61,409 nt of DNA, taken from NCBI GenBank assembly GCA_002774635.1, contig PEXU01000049.1, positions 1 through 61,409 of the forward strand, written 5' to 3'. Under the pieces are notes generated by a model. It was not told where the DNA came from. It saw only the letters and a list, made by a program, of their open reading frames with translations, and ran no database searches. This DNA is from Candidatus Kerfeldbacteria bacterium CG08_land_8_20_14_0_20_40_16 (GTDB taxonomy: Bacteria > Patescibacteriota > Patescibacteriia > UM-FILTER-42-10). Shown piece after piece: positions 18,758 through 29,099 of this stretch; the stretch's first letter is position 1; the number at the start of each line of letters is the position of its first letter. The position numbers and the translations under genes were made by a program.

Positions 18758-19312
18758 TTAAGCTTTTCCTTCAGCTCCTTTCGCTATTTTACCTGCTTTT
18801 CTGCGAATTATTTCTTCAACGTATTTAATTCCCTTTCCTTTATAAGGTTCCGGTTTTTTTATGTTTCTTATCCGGGCAGCAGTATCCCCCACTAGTTGTT
18901 TATCTATTCCCGATATGATAATTATATTTTTTTCTACTTTTCCTTCGATTCCTTCTGGCAATTCAAACTCAACGGGGTGAGAAAATCCAACATTTAGAAT
19001 TAGCTTTCTATTTTTTACTTCCGCTTTGAATCCGATTCCATTGATTTCTAATTTTTTCTCAAATCCATTAATCACTCCCTCAATCATATTGGCAACCAGT
19101 ACCCGGGTCAACCCCCACAACGCTCTATTGGATTTGATTTGACTATCTGGTACTGATACCTGAAGATGCTGTTCTTTTTGGACTAGCGATACCAAAGGAG
19201 GGAGTTCTTGGAATAATTCCCCCTTAGGACCCTTGACTTTTACTTTTCTTCCGTTAATTTCAACGGTGACTTTTTCAGGAATTTTTATTGGATTTTTACC
19301 CACTCGGGACAT
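18758..19312 (-). CDS. rplF: 50S ribosomal protein uL6
   Basis: MSRVGK, PEPYKGKGIKY. Confidence 0.97.
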   Translation of the reverse strand: MSRVGKNPIKIPEKVTVEINGRKVKVKGPKGELFQELPPLVSLVQKEQHLQVSVPDSQIKSNRALWGLTRVLVANMIEGVINGFEKKLEINGIGFKAEVKNRKLILNVGFSHPVEFELPEGIEGKVEKNIIIISGIDKQLVGDTAARIRNIKKPEPYKGKGIKYVEEIIRRKAGKIAKGAEGKA

Positions 19313-19335
19313 ATGTAAATTATCGTTTAATTATC

Positions 19336-19731
19336 TTAGCTTACCTCGCAGATTACTTCTCCGCCCAATTTATTTTTTCGTGCCTCTTTATTGGTCATTA
19401 GACCATTAGGAGTAGAGATAATGGCTATCCCCAAACTATTCAAAACATAGGGCAATTTTTGATGATGGACATAAACTTTTCTTCCCGGTTTACTAACTCT
19501 TGTTAAGTTCTGGATTACTGGCTTGCGATCTGAAGTGTACTTTAAGGTAATTTTAATTTTAGCAAAGGTGTTTTCTGTTTTCTGGGCATTTTTGATATAA
19601 CCCTCTTTTGTCAATATTTTAGCAATCTCAAATTTTATTTTAGAAAAAGGAAAAACTACTTCGTCTTTTTTCAGCTGGACAGCATTACGAATTCTAGTTA
19701 GCATATCGGCAATGGGATCAGTCATAGTCAT
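19336..19731 (-). CDS. rpsH: 30S ribosomal protein uS8
   Basis: DPIADMLTRIRN, SKPGRKVY, GGEVIC. Confidence 0.97.
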   Translation of the reverse strand: MTMTDPIADMLTRIRNAVQLKKDEVVFPFSKIKFEIAKILTKEGYIKNAQKTENTFAKIKITLKYTSDRKPVIQNLTRVSKPGRKVYVHHQKLPYVLNSLGIAIISTPNGLMTNKEARKNKLGGEVICEVS

Positions 19732-19733
19732 AG

Positions 19734-19796
19734 AGGTTTTAGGTATTAGGTTTTAGGTATTAGGTTTTAGGTATTAGGTTTTAGGTATTAGGTTTA
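19734..19796. repeat. Heptamer tandem array (alternating AGGTTTT/AGGTATT, 9 units)
   Basis: Read directly; abuts the rpsH start codon. Confidence 0.95.
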
Positions 19797-19882
19797 AGTA
19801 GTTTCCAATTTTCAATTTTACAATTTTCATTTACCCCGTTACTTGAAAATTTATTGGAAATTGTAAATTGCCTCAGCATTTA

Positions 19883-20077
19883 TTACCAACTTGATTTTCT
19901 TATTCCAGGTATTTCTCCTTTATTCGCCAATTCTCTAAAGCAGATTCGGCATAAGTCAAATTTCCTCATGTATCCGTGGGCTCTTCCGCAACGCCAACAC
20001 CTTCTTACTATGCGAGAAGAAAATTTTGGATTTAAGCGTGATCTTTTTGCTCTTGCAATCTGAGATTTTTTAGCCAT
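19883..20077 (-). CDS. rpsN: 30S ribosomal protein uS14 (Zn-binding type Z)
   Basis: RCWRCGR...[10 protein letters not shown]...PGIRKSSW. Confidence 0.96.
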   Translation of the reverse strand: MAKKSQIARAKRSRLNPKFSSRIVRRCWRCGRAHGYMRKFDLCRICFRELANKGEIPGIRKSSW

Positions 20078-20080
20078 AAC

Positions 20081-20623
20081 TTATTCCTCTTGTAAGGGAA
20101 AACCTAATAATTTAAATAACAATATTCCTTCTTTTTTTGTTTTGGCGGAAGTAGCAATATTCACTTCTAAACCATGAATTGTTTCTACTTCATCAGTTTT
20201 AATTTCAGGAAAAACAGTATGTTCCTTAATGCCGATACTTAAATTGCCTTGATTACCAATCATTTTTAAAGGAAGCCCCCTAAAATCTCTGGTTCTAGGT
20301 AAGCTTATTTTGATTATTTTTTCTACAAAATCATACATCCGATTCCCCCGTAAAGTAACCATTGCTCCTATGGTCATTCCCTGCCTGACTTTAAAATTAG
20401 AAATGGACTTTTTAGCTTTGGTAAAGACGGGCTTCTGCCCCGTAATCCTGGCTAAAGTACTTACTACTACATCTATAAACTTGGGATCACGAATTGCTCG
20501 GCCGGTTCCGACATTAACCACTGCTTTTTTCAGCCTAGGAACGGCTAGATTATTCTGATACCCCATTTGCTTTTTTAATTCAGGAATTATTTCTTTTAGA
20601 TATTTTTCTTTTAAATTATTCAT
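20081..20623 (-). CDS. rplE: 50S ribosomal protein uL5
   Basis: ITGQKP, VTLRG, PRTRDFRG, FPEI. Confidence 0.97.
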   Translation of the reverse strand: MNNLKEKYLKEIIPELKKQMGYQNNLAVPRLKKAVVNVGTGRAIRDPKFIDVVVSTLARITGQKPVFTKAKKSISNFKVRQGMTIGAMVTLRGNRMYDFVEKIIKISLPRTRDFRGLPLKMIGNQGNLSIGIKEHTVFPEIKTDEVETIHGLEVNIATSAKTKKEGILLFKLLGFPLQEE

Positions 20624-20636
20624 AATTATTATTGCT

Positions 20637-20942
20637 TTAAATTACCTCTTTACACTTTCGGCAAATACGACCCTTTTTGTTCTCAATATTTTTATGACCA
20701 ATCCTGACCGGTTTGCCACATTTGGAGCAAATTAACATAACATTAGATGCATTTAATGGTGTACTGAATTGTACTCGTTCACCTTTTTCTCCTTCTTTTC
20801 TGGGACGGGTATGCTTAACATGAAGATTCAAACCTTCTACTACCACCAGGTTTTGCTTGGGAAAAACTTGAATAATTTTACCTTTTTTGCCCCGGTCTTT
20901 CCCAAGAATTATTCTTACTTGATCGCCTTTTTTTAAATCCAT
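20637..20942 (-). CDS. rplX: 50S ribosomal protein uL24
   Basis: KKGDQV..GKDRGKKG, VEGLN, SNV. Confidence 0.96.
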   Translation of the reverse strand: MDLKKGDQVRIILGKDRGKKGKIIQVFPKQNLVVVEGLNLHVKHTRPRKEGEKGERVQFSTPLNASNVMLICSKCGKPVRIGHKNIENKKGRICRKCKEVI

Positions 20943-20961
20943 CTTACTAATTTTATTTATT

Positions 20962-21333
20962 TTATAATACTTCGGGAGCCAAAGAAACTATCTTATCAAA
21001 TCCTTTGCCTTTTAATTCCCGAGCAATGGGACCAAAAATTCTTGTTCCTCTTGGTTCCTTATTATTTTTGTCAACTATCACCGCCGCATTTTCATCGAAC
21101 CGGATATAGGATCCGTCTTTACGCTTTAATTCTTTTTTCTGCCGGACAATCACCGCCTGCAAAACATCGCCTTTCTTAACCATGCTATAAGGATTCGCTC
21201 CTTTTACCGCCACCGTGATAATATCGCCAATTCCCGCATAGCGTATTTTATTTCCTCCTAATACTCTAATACACTGCAAAACTTTTGCTCCGGTGTTATC
21301 TGCCACTTTAAGTCTTGATCCTGCTTGAATCAT
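20962..21333 (-). CDS. rplN: 50S ribosomal protein uL14
   Basis: [29 protein letters not shown]. Confidence 0.98.
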   Translation of the reverse strand: MIQAGSRLKVADNTGAKVLQCIRVLGGNKIRYAGIGDIITVAVKGANPYSMVKKGDVLQAVIVRQKKELKRKDGSYIRFDENAAVIVDKNNKEPRGTRIFGPIARELKGKGFDKIVSLAPEVL

Positions 21334-21369
21334 GATGAGTTTAAAATTTAAAACGAAAAATTAAAAAAT

Positions 21370-21678
21370 TTAATCTTGATTTGTTCCTTTTTGATTTTTG
21401 TAAATTACCCTCCATCTTTTTTCTTTGGAAATTGGCCGGCATTCCACAAATTCTACCTGATCTCCCTTATGATATTTATTCTGGGGATCATGGACCTTAA
21501 ATTTTTTAATTATGGTATATTGCTTTCGATACTTGGGATGAGACTTTACTCGGTTTATTCTTATCACAATTGTTTTATCCATTGCATCACCAATTACTAC
21601 TCCGGAAAACCTTTTTCTCTTAGCCACTATGGCCCGGCGGAAAGCAATATCTTGTGAATTAATCTCTGCTTTTTTCAT
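21370..21678 (-). CDS. rpsQ: 30S ribosomal protein uS17
   Basis: MDKTIV, HPKY, ECRPISKEKRW. Confidence 0.96.
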   Translation of the reverse strand: MKKAEINSQDIAFRRAIVAKRKRFSGVVIGDAMDKTIVIRINRVKSHPKYRKQYTIIKKFKVHDPQNKYHKGDQVEFVECRPISKEKRWRVIYKNQKGTNQD

Positions 21679-21695
21679 AATTTATTTTTGATTAG

Positions 21696-21890
21696 CTAAT
21701 TTTTATCCGCTCGTTCCTTAATAACTGTTAGAATCTTGGCGATGGTCTTTTTCTCCGCCCGAACTGCCCGCACATTTTTCAATTGTTCACTTGCTACCTT
21801 AAAACGCACTTCTCTAAAATGCTCCCGAGTGCTTTTTAACAGTTTTTGAAGTTCATTATCTGATTTTTCTCTCAATTCTTTGATTTTCAT
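21696..21890 (-). CDS. rpmC: 50S ribosomal protein uL29
   Basis: KELRE..EL, IAKILT; operon position. Confidence 0.93.
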   Translation of the reverse strand: MKIKELREKSDNELQKLLKSTREHFREVRFKVASEQLKNVRAVRAEKKTIAKILTVIKERADKN

Positions 21891-21892
21891 AA

Positions 21893-22306
21893 TTATAATT
21901 CTTGCTTAATTAAAATTTTAGTTCTCAGCGGAAGTTTATGAGAAGCTAATCTAAATGCTTCACGCGCCACTTCTTCTGAAATACCATCCATCTCAAACAT
22001 AATCGTCCCGGCTTTTACTTTTTCGACATAGCGTTCCACTGAACCTTTTCCTCCCCCCATTCTTACCTCTCCTCCTTTAGCAGTAATAGGATAACGAGGG
22101 AATATTCTAATCCAGATTTTTCCTCCCCGTTTCACAAAGCGGGTCATGGCTCGACGCGCTGCTTCGATTTGCCGATCCGACACCCAAGAACCAGTAATCG
22201 CCTTCAGACCATAACTGCCAAAAGCCAATTCTGTCTTTTGAGTAGCTCTGCCTTTCACTTTCGGCCGGAATGATTTTCGATGTTTTAATTTTCTGGGCTG
22301 TAACAT
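21893..22306 (-). CDS. rplP: 50S ribosomal protein uL16
   Basis: QIEAARRA, WIRIFP, RMGGGKG, HKLP. Confidence 0.97.
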   Translation of the reverse strand: MLQPRKLKHRKSFRPKVKGRATQKTELAFGSYGLKAITGSWVSDRQIEAARRAMTRFVKRGGKIWIRIFPRYPITAKGGEVRMGGGKGSVERYVEKVKAGTIMFEMDGISEEVAREAFRLASHKLPLRTKILIKQEL

Positions 22307-22321
22307 TGAAATTGAATTAGA

Positions 22322-22984
22322 TTATTCTAATTTACCTTCTTGTTTCTTTTGAAATATTTGACCCCGATAAATCCATACCTTTATCCCAATTGCTCCATAG
22401 GTTGTCCGAGCCGTTCCTCGGGAATAATCGATATCGGCTCTTAGAGTATGCAGGGGAACCTTTCCCTTAGAAAGAGTCTCGGTTCTCGCTATTTCTACGC
22501 CATTCAATCTTCCGGCCATAATTATCTTTACTCCTTGCGCTCCTCCCTGCATCACCTGATCAATTCCTCTCTTCATTACTCTTCGGAACGGGATTCTTTT
22601 TTCTATTTGAGCAATCAATCCTTGTAGTACCAGTTCAGCATTTAAATCTGGTTTTTCTACTTCTTGAATAGTGATATTAAGATCGATTTTCTTGCTTCCT
22701 AAATATCTTTGTTTTAACTGTCTCTTCAATTCTTCAATTCCTCCTCCTCCTCGTCCGATAATAACCCCTGGCCGAGAAGTATGAATAATAATAGTCAGCT
22801 TGCCAGCAGAACGTTCAACCTCGATCTTAGCCACTCCCCCTTCTTTTAACTTCTTTCTTAAAAAATCTCTAATCTGAACGTCTTCTCGTAAAAATTCACT
22901 ATAATTCTTCCGAGCGAACCACTTAGAATTTGCTTGGGCAATTATTCCTATTCTAAATATTCTTGGATTTACTTTTCTTCCCAT
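22322..22984 (-). CDS. rpsC: 30S ribosomal protein uS3
   Basis: MGRKVNP, RPGVIIG, PLHTLRADIDY, GIKVWI. Confidence 0.97.
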   Translation of the reverse strand: MGRKVNPRIFRIGIIAQANSKWFARKNYSEFLREDVQIRDFLRKKLKEGGVAKIEVERSAGKLTIIIHTSRPGVIIGRGGGGIEELKRQLKQRYLGSKKIDLNITIQEVEKPDLNAELVLQGLIAQIEKRIPFRRVMKRGIDQVMQGGAQGVKIIMAGRLNGVEIARTETLSKGKVPLHTLRADIDYSRGTARTTYGAIGIKVWIYRGQIFQKKQEGKLE

Positions 22985-22987
22985 CGC

Positions 22988-23518
22988 TTACTTATCTCCT
23001 GTTCTATGAATGAATTTATCTTTTATTCTTCCTAAATCTATAATTGATTTCTTTTTTCTTTCTTCTATTGGTGTCTCTTTTTTCTTGGCAGCAGATGCTT
23101 CCTTTTTAATTTCTTCCGCCTTTATTATTTTAATTTTTTCTCTTTCCGCTTTCTTTTTATCAGTTGTTGTTTTTTGTTTCGACTCCTTTTTTTCTGCTAA
23201 AACCAGTTCAATTAATGAAGAGCGTTTTCTTATTTCTGCTGCTCTCCCGAAAGCACGTGGTCGATACCGTTTTAAAACCGGGCCTTCGTTAGCGGTAATC
23301 TTTTTAATAAAAAGGTTATTTTTGTCCAGCTTAAAGTTGTTTTCGGCATTGGCAATCGCTGAGTTCAGTAGTTTTAAAATCGGTCCAGTGGCGGCTTTGG
23401 TAATAAATTGTAACTGCTCTTTTGCCTTTTCTACTTCTAATCCCCGAATAACATCAATTACCAATCTTACTTTCTTTGGCGACATCCTTATTCTATTCAA
23501 TTTTGCTTTAACTTCCAT
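22988..23518 (-). CDS. rplV: 50S ribosomal protein uL22 with about 65-aa C-terminal extension
   Basis: SPKKVRLV, SAIANAE, RPRAFGRA, then a K/E-rich tail. Confidence 0.96.
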   Translation of the reverse strand: MEVKAKLNRIRMSPKKVRLVIDVIRGLEVEKAKEQLQFITKAATGPILKLLNSAIANAENNFKLDKNNLFIKKITANEGPVLKRYRPRAFGRAAEIRKRSSLIELVLAEKKESKQKTTTDKKKAEREKIKIIKAEEIKKEASAAKKKETPIEERKKKSIIDLGRIKDKFIHRTGDK

Positions 23519-23535
23519 GAATTTCTTAATTTAAA

Positions 23536-23898
23536 TTATTTGCTTTCTTCTTTAGAACCGGTTTTTTGCTCTATTTCTTTCTTGGCTTCCACTAGTTCCT
23601 TTTTCTGAACAGCGGCTTGGGCGGTTTCTTCTTCTTTCTGCATTCTTCCGCCGTGTTTAATAAATTTTCTGGTCAGCGCAAATTCGCCTAGCTTGTGCCC
23701 AACCATATTTTCTACAATATAAACCGGGATATGTTCTCTGCCGTTATGAACCCCAATGGTAAAACCTACCATTTCTGGAGTAATCGTGCAGGCTCGTGAC
23801 CAGGTTTTAACAATCGTTTTATCGCCCCGTTTCACCTTAGAAAGCTTCTTGAGCAGTTTTTGATCCACAAAGGGTCCTTTTTTAAGCGATCGCGACAT
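23536..23898 (-). CDS. rpsS: 30S ribosomal protein uS19 with C-terminal extension
   Basis: [21 protein letters not shown]. Confidence 0.97.
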   Translation of the reverse strand: MSRSLKKGPFVDQKLLKKLSKVKRGDKTIVKTWSRACTITPEMVGFTIGVHNGREHIPVYIVENMVGHKLGEFALTRKFIKHGGRMQKEEETAQAAVQKKELVEAKKEIEQKTGSKEESK

Positions 23899-23957
23899 AG
23901 GGATTATTAATTATGAATGATGAATGAATAATTTTGATTTTAATTACGAATTACTAG

Positions 23958-24794
23958 TTACTTACCTTTTCTTCTTTTGAGAATAAATTGATCTGATTTT
24001 TTTCCTTGTTTTCTTGTTTTTACCCCTAAGGCTGGTTTACCCCAAGGTGTCTTTGGTCTTTTCATTCCAATCGGCGACTTTCCTTCTCCTCCTCCATGCG
24101 GATGATCAACCGGATTTTTGGCTTTTCCTCTTACTGTTGGACGGATGCCTTTATATCTTATCCGACCCGCTTTGCCCCAGCGAATATGGCGATAATCAGG
24201 ATTGGAAACTTGCCCGATTGATGCCATACAATCTTCAGAAACTAGTCTTATTTCTCCAGAAGGAAGTTTAAGCTGGACTAAACCATTCTCGATTGCCTGA
24301 ATAACAGTATTACTCCCGGCGGAACGAACGATCTCGCCCCCTCTGCCAGGTACCAGTTCTACATTATAGACCAACATGCCCGGTGGAATATTTTTGAGAA
24401 TTAACCGATTACCATTTTTAATTTCAATTTTGTTTTGGGATGAAACGATCTTATCGCCTACTACTAATCCTACCGGGGCCAAGATGTATCGTTTTTCCCC
24501 ATCCTCATACCGGACTAAGGCAATCCTGGCATTGCGATTAGGATCATATTCTATTGCCGACACTTCTGCTGTTTGATCAAAACGATCTTGTTTAAAATCT
24601 ATTTTTCTAAGATAACGTTTAGTGCCACCACCCTGATGATGAACGGTGATTTTTCCTCTTACGTTTCTTCCCCCCTTGCTTTTCTTGATTATTATCAGTT
24701 TTTTTTCCGGTCTCTTTTTGGTAAGACCAGAAAAATCCCCAACGGATGATATTCTTCTACCAGCAGTATTCGGTTTGTATTTTCTGATTGCCAT
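23958..24794 (-). CDS. rplB: 50S ribosomal protein uL2
   Basis: EYDPNR, NPVDHPHGGGEG. Confidence 0.98.
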   Translation of the reverse strand: MAIRKYKPNTAGRRISSVGDFSGLTKKRPEKKLIIIKKSKGGRNVRGKITVHHQGGGTKRYLRKIDFKQDRFDQTAEVSAIEYDPNRNARIALVRYEDGEKRYILAPVGLVVGDKIVSSQNKIEIKNGNRLILKNIPPGMLVYNVELVPGRGGEIVRSAGSNTVIQAIENGLVQLKLPSGEIRLVSEDCMASIGQVSNPDYRHIRWGKAGRIRYKGIRPTVRGKAKNPVDHPHGGGEGKSPIGMKRPKTPWGKPALGVKTRKQGKKSDQFILKRRKGK

Positions 24795-24797
24795 TAT

Positions 24798-25325
24798 TTA
24801 AACTCCTTCGTAAATTTCTATTTTTTCTCCCGGTTTTAAAGTAATCACTGCCTTTTTCCAACTTCCGGTTCTGCCTGAACTACGGCCGTACTGAATGGGC
24901 TTTCCGCCCTGATTAACAATATTCACTTTTATTACCTCAACTCCATAGAGATCATGGATTGCTTTTTTTATCTCAATTTTACTAACTTTTGATGCTACTT
25001 TGAAAACATACTTACTATAAACTCCTAGGCTAGTCGATTTTTCAGTAACCAGTGGTTTAATCAGAACTCGATAAGCTTCCCCGGTATCTTCCTTCTTTTC
25101 CTTTTTGGTCTTTTCTTTAGTCTTTTCTTTAACATCTTTCGCTTCTTTTTTCTGTTTTTCCGCTTTCGGTTTTTCTTCTTTACCAGACGGCACTAAGGAA
25201 GGGTCAAACAACCTTGGTTCAGCTTTTTTCTTTTTGCTTTCCGGCTTTTTCTTGGGAGCCTTCTTTTCAACTTTTGGCTCTTTCTCTATATCCTTTGTCT
25301 TTTTGAATCGATCAAATATTCCCAT
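24798..25325 (-). CDS. rplW: 50S ribosomal protein uL23 with about 80-aa N-terminal extension
   Basis: Core PLVTEKS..YVFKV..KIEIKKAI..V.KVN..WKKAVITL starts near residue 84. Confidence 0.94.
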   Translation of the reverse strand: MGIFDRFKKTKDIEKEPKVEKKAPKKKPESKKKKAEPRLFDPSLVPSGKEEKPKAEKQKKEAKDVKEKTKEKTKKEKKEDTGEAYRVLIKPLVTEKSTSLGVYSKYVFKVASKVSKIEIKKAIHDLYGVEVIKVNIVNQGGKPIQYGRSSGRTGSWKKAVITLKPGEKIEIYEGV

Positions 25326-25338
25326 TCTCTTGGAAAAA

Positions 25339-25986
25339 TTATTGGCTAGATTTTGATTTTAGATAAACTTCTTCTATTTTTCTTAAACTTTCCTTGATAA
25401 TCAGTAAATATTCTGATTTTAAAATATCCTTAATATTTAAACTGTCTGCTTGAATGGTTTTAATGCCTGAAATATTTCGAGCTGATTTTACAATTTTGCC
25501 GTCGTTCTTAGGAAGAATAATGGTTGTTTTCTTGCTCTTAACTGGCAGCTTCGCTAGCATTCCGGCAAGCGCTTTGGTTTTAATCTCCTTCATTACTAAC
25601 TCATTCAAAACAATAACTTTTGATTCTTGAGTCCGATCAGATAAAACCATAAAAAGAGCTTTGCGCTTGGCTTTTTTGTTAATTCTTTTGTGAAAGTTTC
25701 TATCTTTAGTAGGTCCAAAAGTTATTCCGCCGCCAACCCAGATCGGGGAACGAATCGATCCGTGACGGGCTCGTCCAGTTCCCTTTTGACGCCAAGGTTT
25801 TGCTCCGCCGCCCCGAACTTCACTGCGGTCTTTGGTGTGGGCTAAAACTTTCCGAGCATTAGCCATTTGAATCACTACTGCTTGTTGAACTAATTCTGGC
25901 TTCACCGCAACTCCAAAAATTTTTGGATTCAAATCAATCTCTTCTACTATTTTCCCTTCTGAATTATAAACTGGGATTTTCTTCAT
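25339..25986 (-). CDS. rplD: 50S ribosomal protein uL4
   Basis: RSEVRGGGAKPWRQKGTGRARHGS. Confidence 0.97.
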   Translation of the reverse strand: MKKIPVYNSEGKIVEEIDLNPKIFGVAVKPELVQQAVVIQMANARKVLAHTKDRSEVRGGGAKPWRQKGTGRARHGSIRSPIWVGGGITFGPTKDRNFHKRINKKAKRKALFMVLSDRTQESKVIVLNELVMKEIKTKALAGMLAKLPVKSKKTTIILPKNDGKIVKSARNISGIKTIQADSLNIKDILKSEYLLIIKESLRKIEEVYLKSKSSQ

Positions 25987-26717
25987 TTATTCTTCTCCTC
26001 CGTTTTTTTATCTTCTTTGATGCTATTCTGATTGGGTTTTTCTTCTTTTTTTTCTGACCCCTTTTTAGAAACATCCACTTGATTATTTTCTTGAATAGCA
26101 GCTGAATCTTCTCCTTCGCCCAGAATTAGTACTAGCTGGTTTCTTGCACCGGGCACCGCCCCTTTGATTGCCAGTTGGCCATTCTTCTTATCTACTTCTA
26201 CTATTTGAAGGTTCTTAACGGTGGATTTTAAACCTCCCATTCGTCCCGCCATTCTTTTTCCTTTGCGGACGTGTTCTGGAAAAGAACTACCAATAGAACC
26301 AGGCATCCTTAATTGATCTTTATGACCGTGAGAAGCAGGACTGCCATGGAATCCATGCCGTTTAACAACTCCCTGAAAACCCTTTCCTTTAGAAACTCCA
26401 CTTACTTGCACTACATCCCCTTCTTTGAAAATTGAAATATTGATCTGATCTCCTCTTTTGAATTGATTTGAATTATTAGTCCGAAACTCTCTTAAATATC
26501 GGGGATTGTCTAAATTTTTTAAATGTCCTTGCAGAGGTTTGAGAAGTTTACTTTTCTTTTCGAATCCGATCTGAATCGCTTGATAACCATCATTTTTGCT
26601 GGTTTTAACTTGAGTAACAGTACAAGGACCTGCTTTTACTAAAGTTACCGGAACAACAGTTCCATCTTCTTGAAACCGTCTGGTCATTCCAATTTTTTTT
26701 CCTAATATGAATTTCAT
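25983..26717 (-). CDS. rplC: 50S ribosomal protein uL3 with C-terminal extension
   Basis: GKKIGMT, KGKGFQGVVKRH, MAGRMG, KGAVPG. Confidence 0.97.
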   Translation of the reverse strand: MKFILGKKIGMTRRFQEDGTVVPVTLVKAGPCTVTQVKTSKNDGYQAIQIGFEKKSKLLKPLQGHLKNLDNPRYLREFRTNNSNQFKRGDQINISIFKEGDVVQVSGVSKGKGFQGVVKRHGFHGSPASHGHKDQLRMPGSIGSSFPEHVRKGKRMAGRMGGLKSTVKNLQIVEVDKKNGQLAIKGAVPGARNQLVLILGEGEDSAAIQENNQVDVSKKGSEKKEEKPNQNSIKEDKKTEEKNK

Positions 26718-26928
26718 TTTTTTATTAAAAAAAACCGCGATTTTTTCCAGTCTTTTCTTTCTTCACTTTTAAGGATTTCTTAAAAAACCCGGTTTAGTAT
26801 TTAATAAATTTTAATTATTGAAGAAAGTCTAACTCCGAAATAGCTTTTTTGAGTACTCGGTTGATATCCCGCGGACGCGGGATCATTTCCGATACTCATC
26901 AAGCTGAGAATTTCTTTAATTTTAAAAA

Positions 26929-27315
26929 TTACATTTTTATTTCTACATCCACTCCTGCCGGCAAACTCAGATTCATTAAGGTGTCAACGGTCTTGGCGGA
27001 AGGATCAATAATATCAATCAGACGCTTATGAACTCTCATTTCGTACTGTTCCCGTGAATTTTTATGGACAAAAGGAGAACGAATAACAGTGTACTTGCTT
27101 TTTTCGGTAGGGAGTGGTACGGGGCCACAAATTTTTGCTCCTGATCGCTCAGCAGTTTCAATAATCGTACGAGTTGACTGATCAATAATTTTATTGTCGT
27201 ACGCTTTAATTTTAATCCGAATCCGCTGATGAACAACTTCTTCTTCGTTATTTTCTTTATTTGTTCTCGGATTATCCCTATTTTCTGATGACTTCTTTTT
27301 CCCCTCAATTACCAT
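26929..27315 (-). CDS. rpsJ: 30S ribosomal protein uS10 with N-terminal extension
   Basis: [32 protein letters not shown]. Confidence 0.97.
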   Translation of the reverse strand: MVIEGKKKSSENRDNPRTNKENNEEEVVHQRIRIKIKAYDNKIIDQSTRTIIETAERSGAKICGPVPLPTEKSKYTVIRSPFVHKNSREQYEMRVHKRLIDIIDPSAKTVDTLMNLSLPAGVDVEIKM

Positions 27316-27381
27316 TGATTATTCTATTTTTAACTTACTTTTAAATTAAGACGATGAGGCCACAATGACCTCATCATCCTT

Positions 27382-28572
27382 TTATTTTATTATTTTAGTT
27401 ACTACTCCGGCTCCTACCGTGTGTCCTCCTTCTCTAATAGCAAACCGTTGTTTTTCTTCTAAAGCAACCGGAACAATCAATTTTATCTTAAAGGTAACGG
27501 TATCACCAGGCATTACCATTTCGGTTCCTTCCGCTAGTTCAACCTCGCCTGTTACATCAGTCGTTCTGATATAGAATTGCGGCTTATATCCCTTAGTAAA
27601 AGGGGTGTGGCGGCCGCCTTCCTCTTTGGTTAAGATATATACTTCTCCTTCAAATTCAGTGTGAGGAGTTATCGTGCCAGGTTTGGCCAATACTTGTCCT
27701 CTTTCTACTTCATCCTTTTTAGTTCCTCTTAAAAGCACCCCCGCGTTATCACCTGCTCGGCCTTCATCCAACTGTTTATTGAACATCTCGATGCCAGTGA
27801 CCACTGTTTTTTGAGTATCCTTGATGCCTACGATCTCTACTTCGTTATTCAACTTTACCATTCCTCTTTCAATTTTTCCGGTCACTACCGTTCCTCTTCC
27901 TTCAATAGAGAAGATATCCTCAATCGGCATCAAAAAGTCTTTGTCCACTTCTCTTTTAGGATCGGGAATATAGCTGTCAATTGCGTCCAGTAGTTCCTGT
28001 ATACATTTTGTCGCTTCAGGATCGGTAGGGTTTTCTAAAGCTTTAAGTGCTGACCCTTTAATAATCGGAATCTGGTCTCCGGGAAATTCATATTTATTGA
28101 GCAGATCTTTAATTTCTACCTCTACTAGATCGATCAACTCTTTATCATCAACTTGATCAGTTTTATTTAAAAAAACCACAATATAAGGAACGCCCACCTG
28201 TCTGGCCAAAAGAATATGTTCTCTGGTTTGAGGCATTGGACCATCGGCAGCGGAAACAACTAGTACCGCACCGTCCATTTGGGCAGCGCCCGTAATCATA
28301 TTTTTAATGTAGTCGGCATGTCCTGGGCAATCTACGTGAGCATAGTGCCTTTTATCAGTCTCATATTCTACGTGAGCAGTAGCAATGGTAATCCCGCGCT
28401 CTTTTTCTTCGGGCGCATTGTCAATCTGATCCACTGATTTATCCTGCGCTTTTTTGCCCTGACCAAGAAGATATTTTAGAATGGCCGCGGTAAGCGTAGT
28501 TTTCCCATGATCAACGTGACCAATAGTGCCAACGTTTACGTGGGGTTTTGATCTGTCAAATTTTTCTGCCAT
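27382..28572 (-). CDS. tuf: Elongation factor Tu
   Basis: [28 protein letters not shown]; start at ATG 28572. Confidence 0.99.
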   Translation of the reverse strand: MAEKFDRSKPHVNVGTIGHVDHGKTTLTAAILKYLLGQGKKAQDKSVDQIDNAPEEKERGITIATAHVEYETDKRHYAHVDCPGHADYIKNMITGAAQMDGAVLVVSAADGPMPQTREHILLARQVGVPYIVVFLNKTDQVDDKELIDLVEVEIKDLLNKYEFPGDQIPIIKGSALKALENPTDPEATKCIQELLDAIDSYIPDPKREVDKDFLMPIEDIFSIEGRGTVVTGKIERGMVKLNNEVEIVGIKDTQKTVVTGIEMFNKQLDEGRAGDNAGVLLRGTKKDEVERGQVLAKPGTITPHTEFEGEVYILTKEEGGRHTPFTKGYKPQFYIRTTDVTGEVELAEGTEMVMPGDTVTFKIKLIVPVALEEKQRFAIREGGHTVGAGVVTKIIK

Positions 28573-28757
28573 AGCTTTTTCTTTACTCAATTAATTATAA
28601 ACTAAATTAAATTGGCTATTATATGCTTGAAAGTATAGATGATTATATCAGTGAAGAGAAATTTTGGCAAGTCATTTTGTTTTCTAACCATACACAAATA
28701 ATTCACAGTTATCCATTATTTGGCTAATTTAAGCCAAAATTGGCCCTTTATGATAAA

Positions 28758-29099
28758 CTAGAGAGGCTCTAAGGAAAAGTTTACCGGCGTAACTCTTAAT
28801 GTTTTTACAATCACTTCGTCTTCTGCTGGTTTATACCCCTCTGCTTCAACTCTAATCATGTAGGTGCCAGGATTCACTTTTATTACGGTCGGCGTTGTTC
28901 TGCCGGTATCTTCCCCATTAAGGAAGATCTTTGCCGCTACGTCCGGCGGCTCAACGGTAACTGATACTCTGATTCGGCCGCGGATAATTACTTCTACGAA
29001 ACTGGATTCTTCAATAGTATTAGTGCGATATATCCAGATTACCCCAATCATCAATAGAGTGAAAGAAATAAAAATAAACCATCGCATAAAAAGAGACAT
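28758..29099 (-). CDS. Membrane-anchored PEGA-domain protein
   Basis: N-terminal TM; PPDVAAKIFLNGEDTGRTTP..VNPGTYMIRVEAEGY. Confidence 0.75.
   Translation of the reverse strand: MSLFMRWFIFISFTLLMIGVIWIYRTNTIEESSFVEVIIRGRIRVSVTVEPPDVAAKIFLNGEDTGRTTPTVIKVNPGTYMIRVEAEGYKPAEDEVIVKTLRVTPVNFSLEPL

Noticed and set aside
19734..19796. CRISPR array
   Set aside because: Contiguous 7-mers with no spacers and no cas genes; the REP cluster at 58953-59048 likewise lacks array structure
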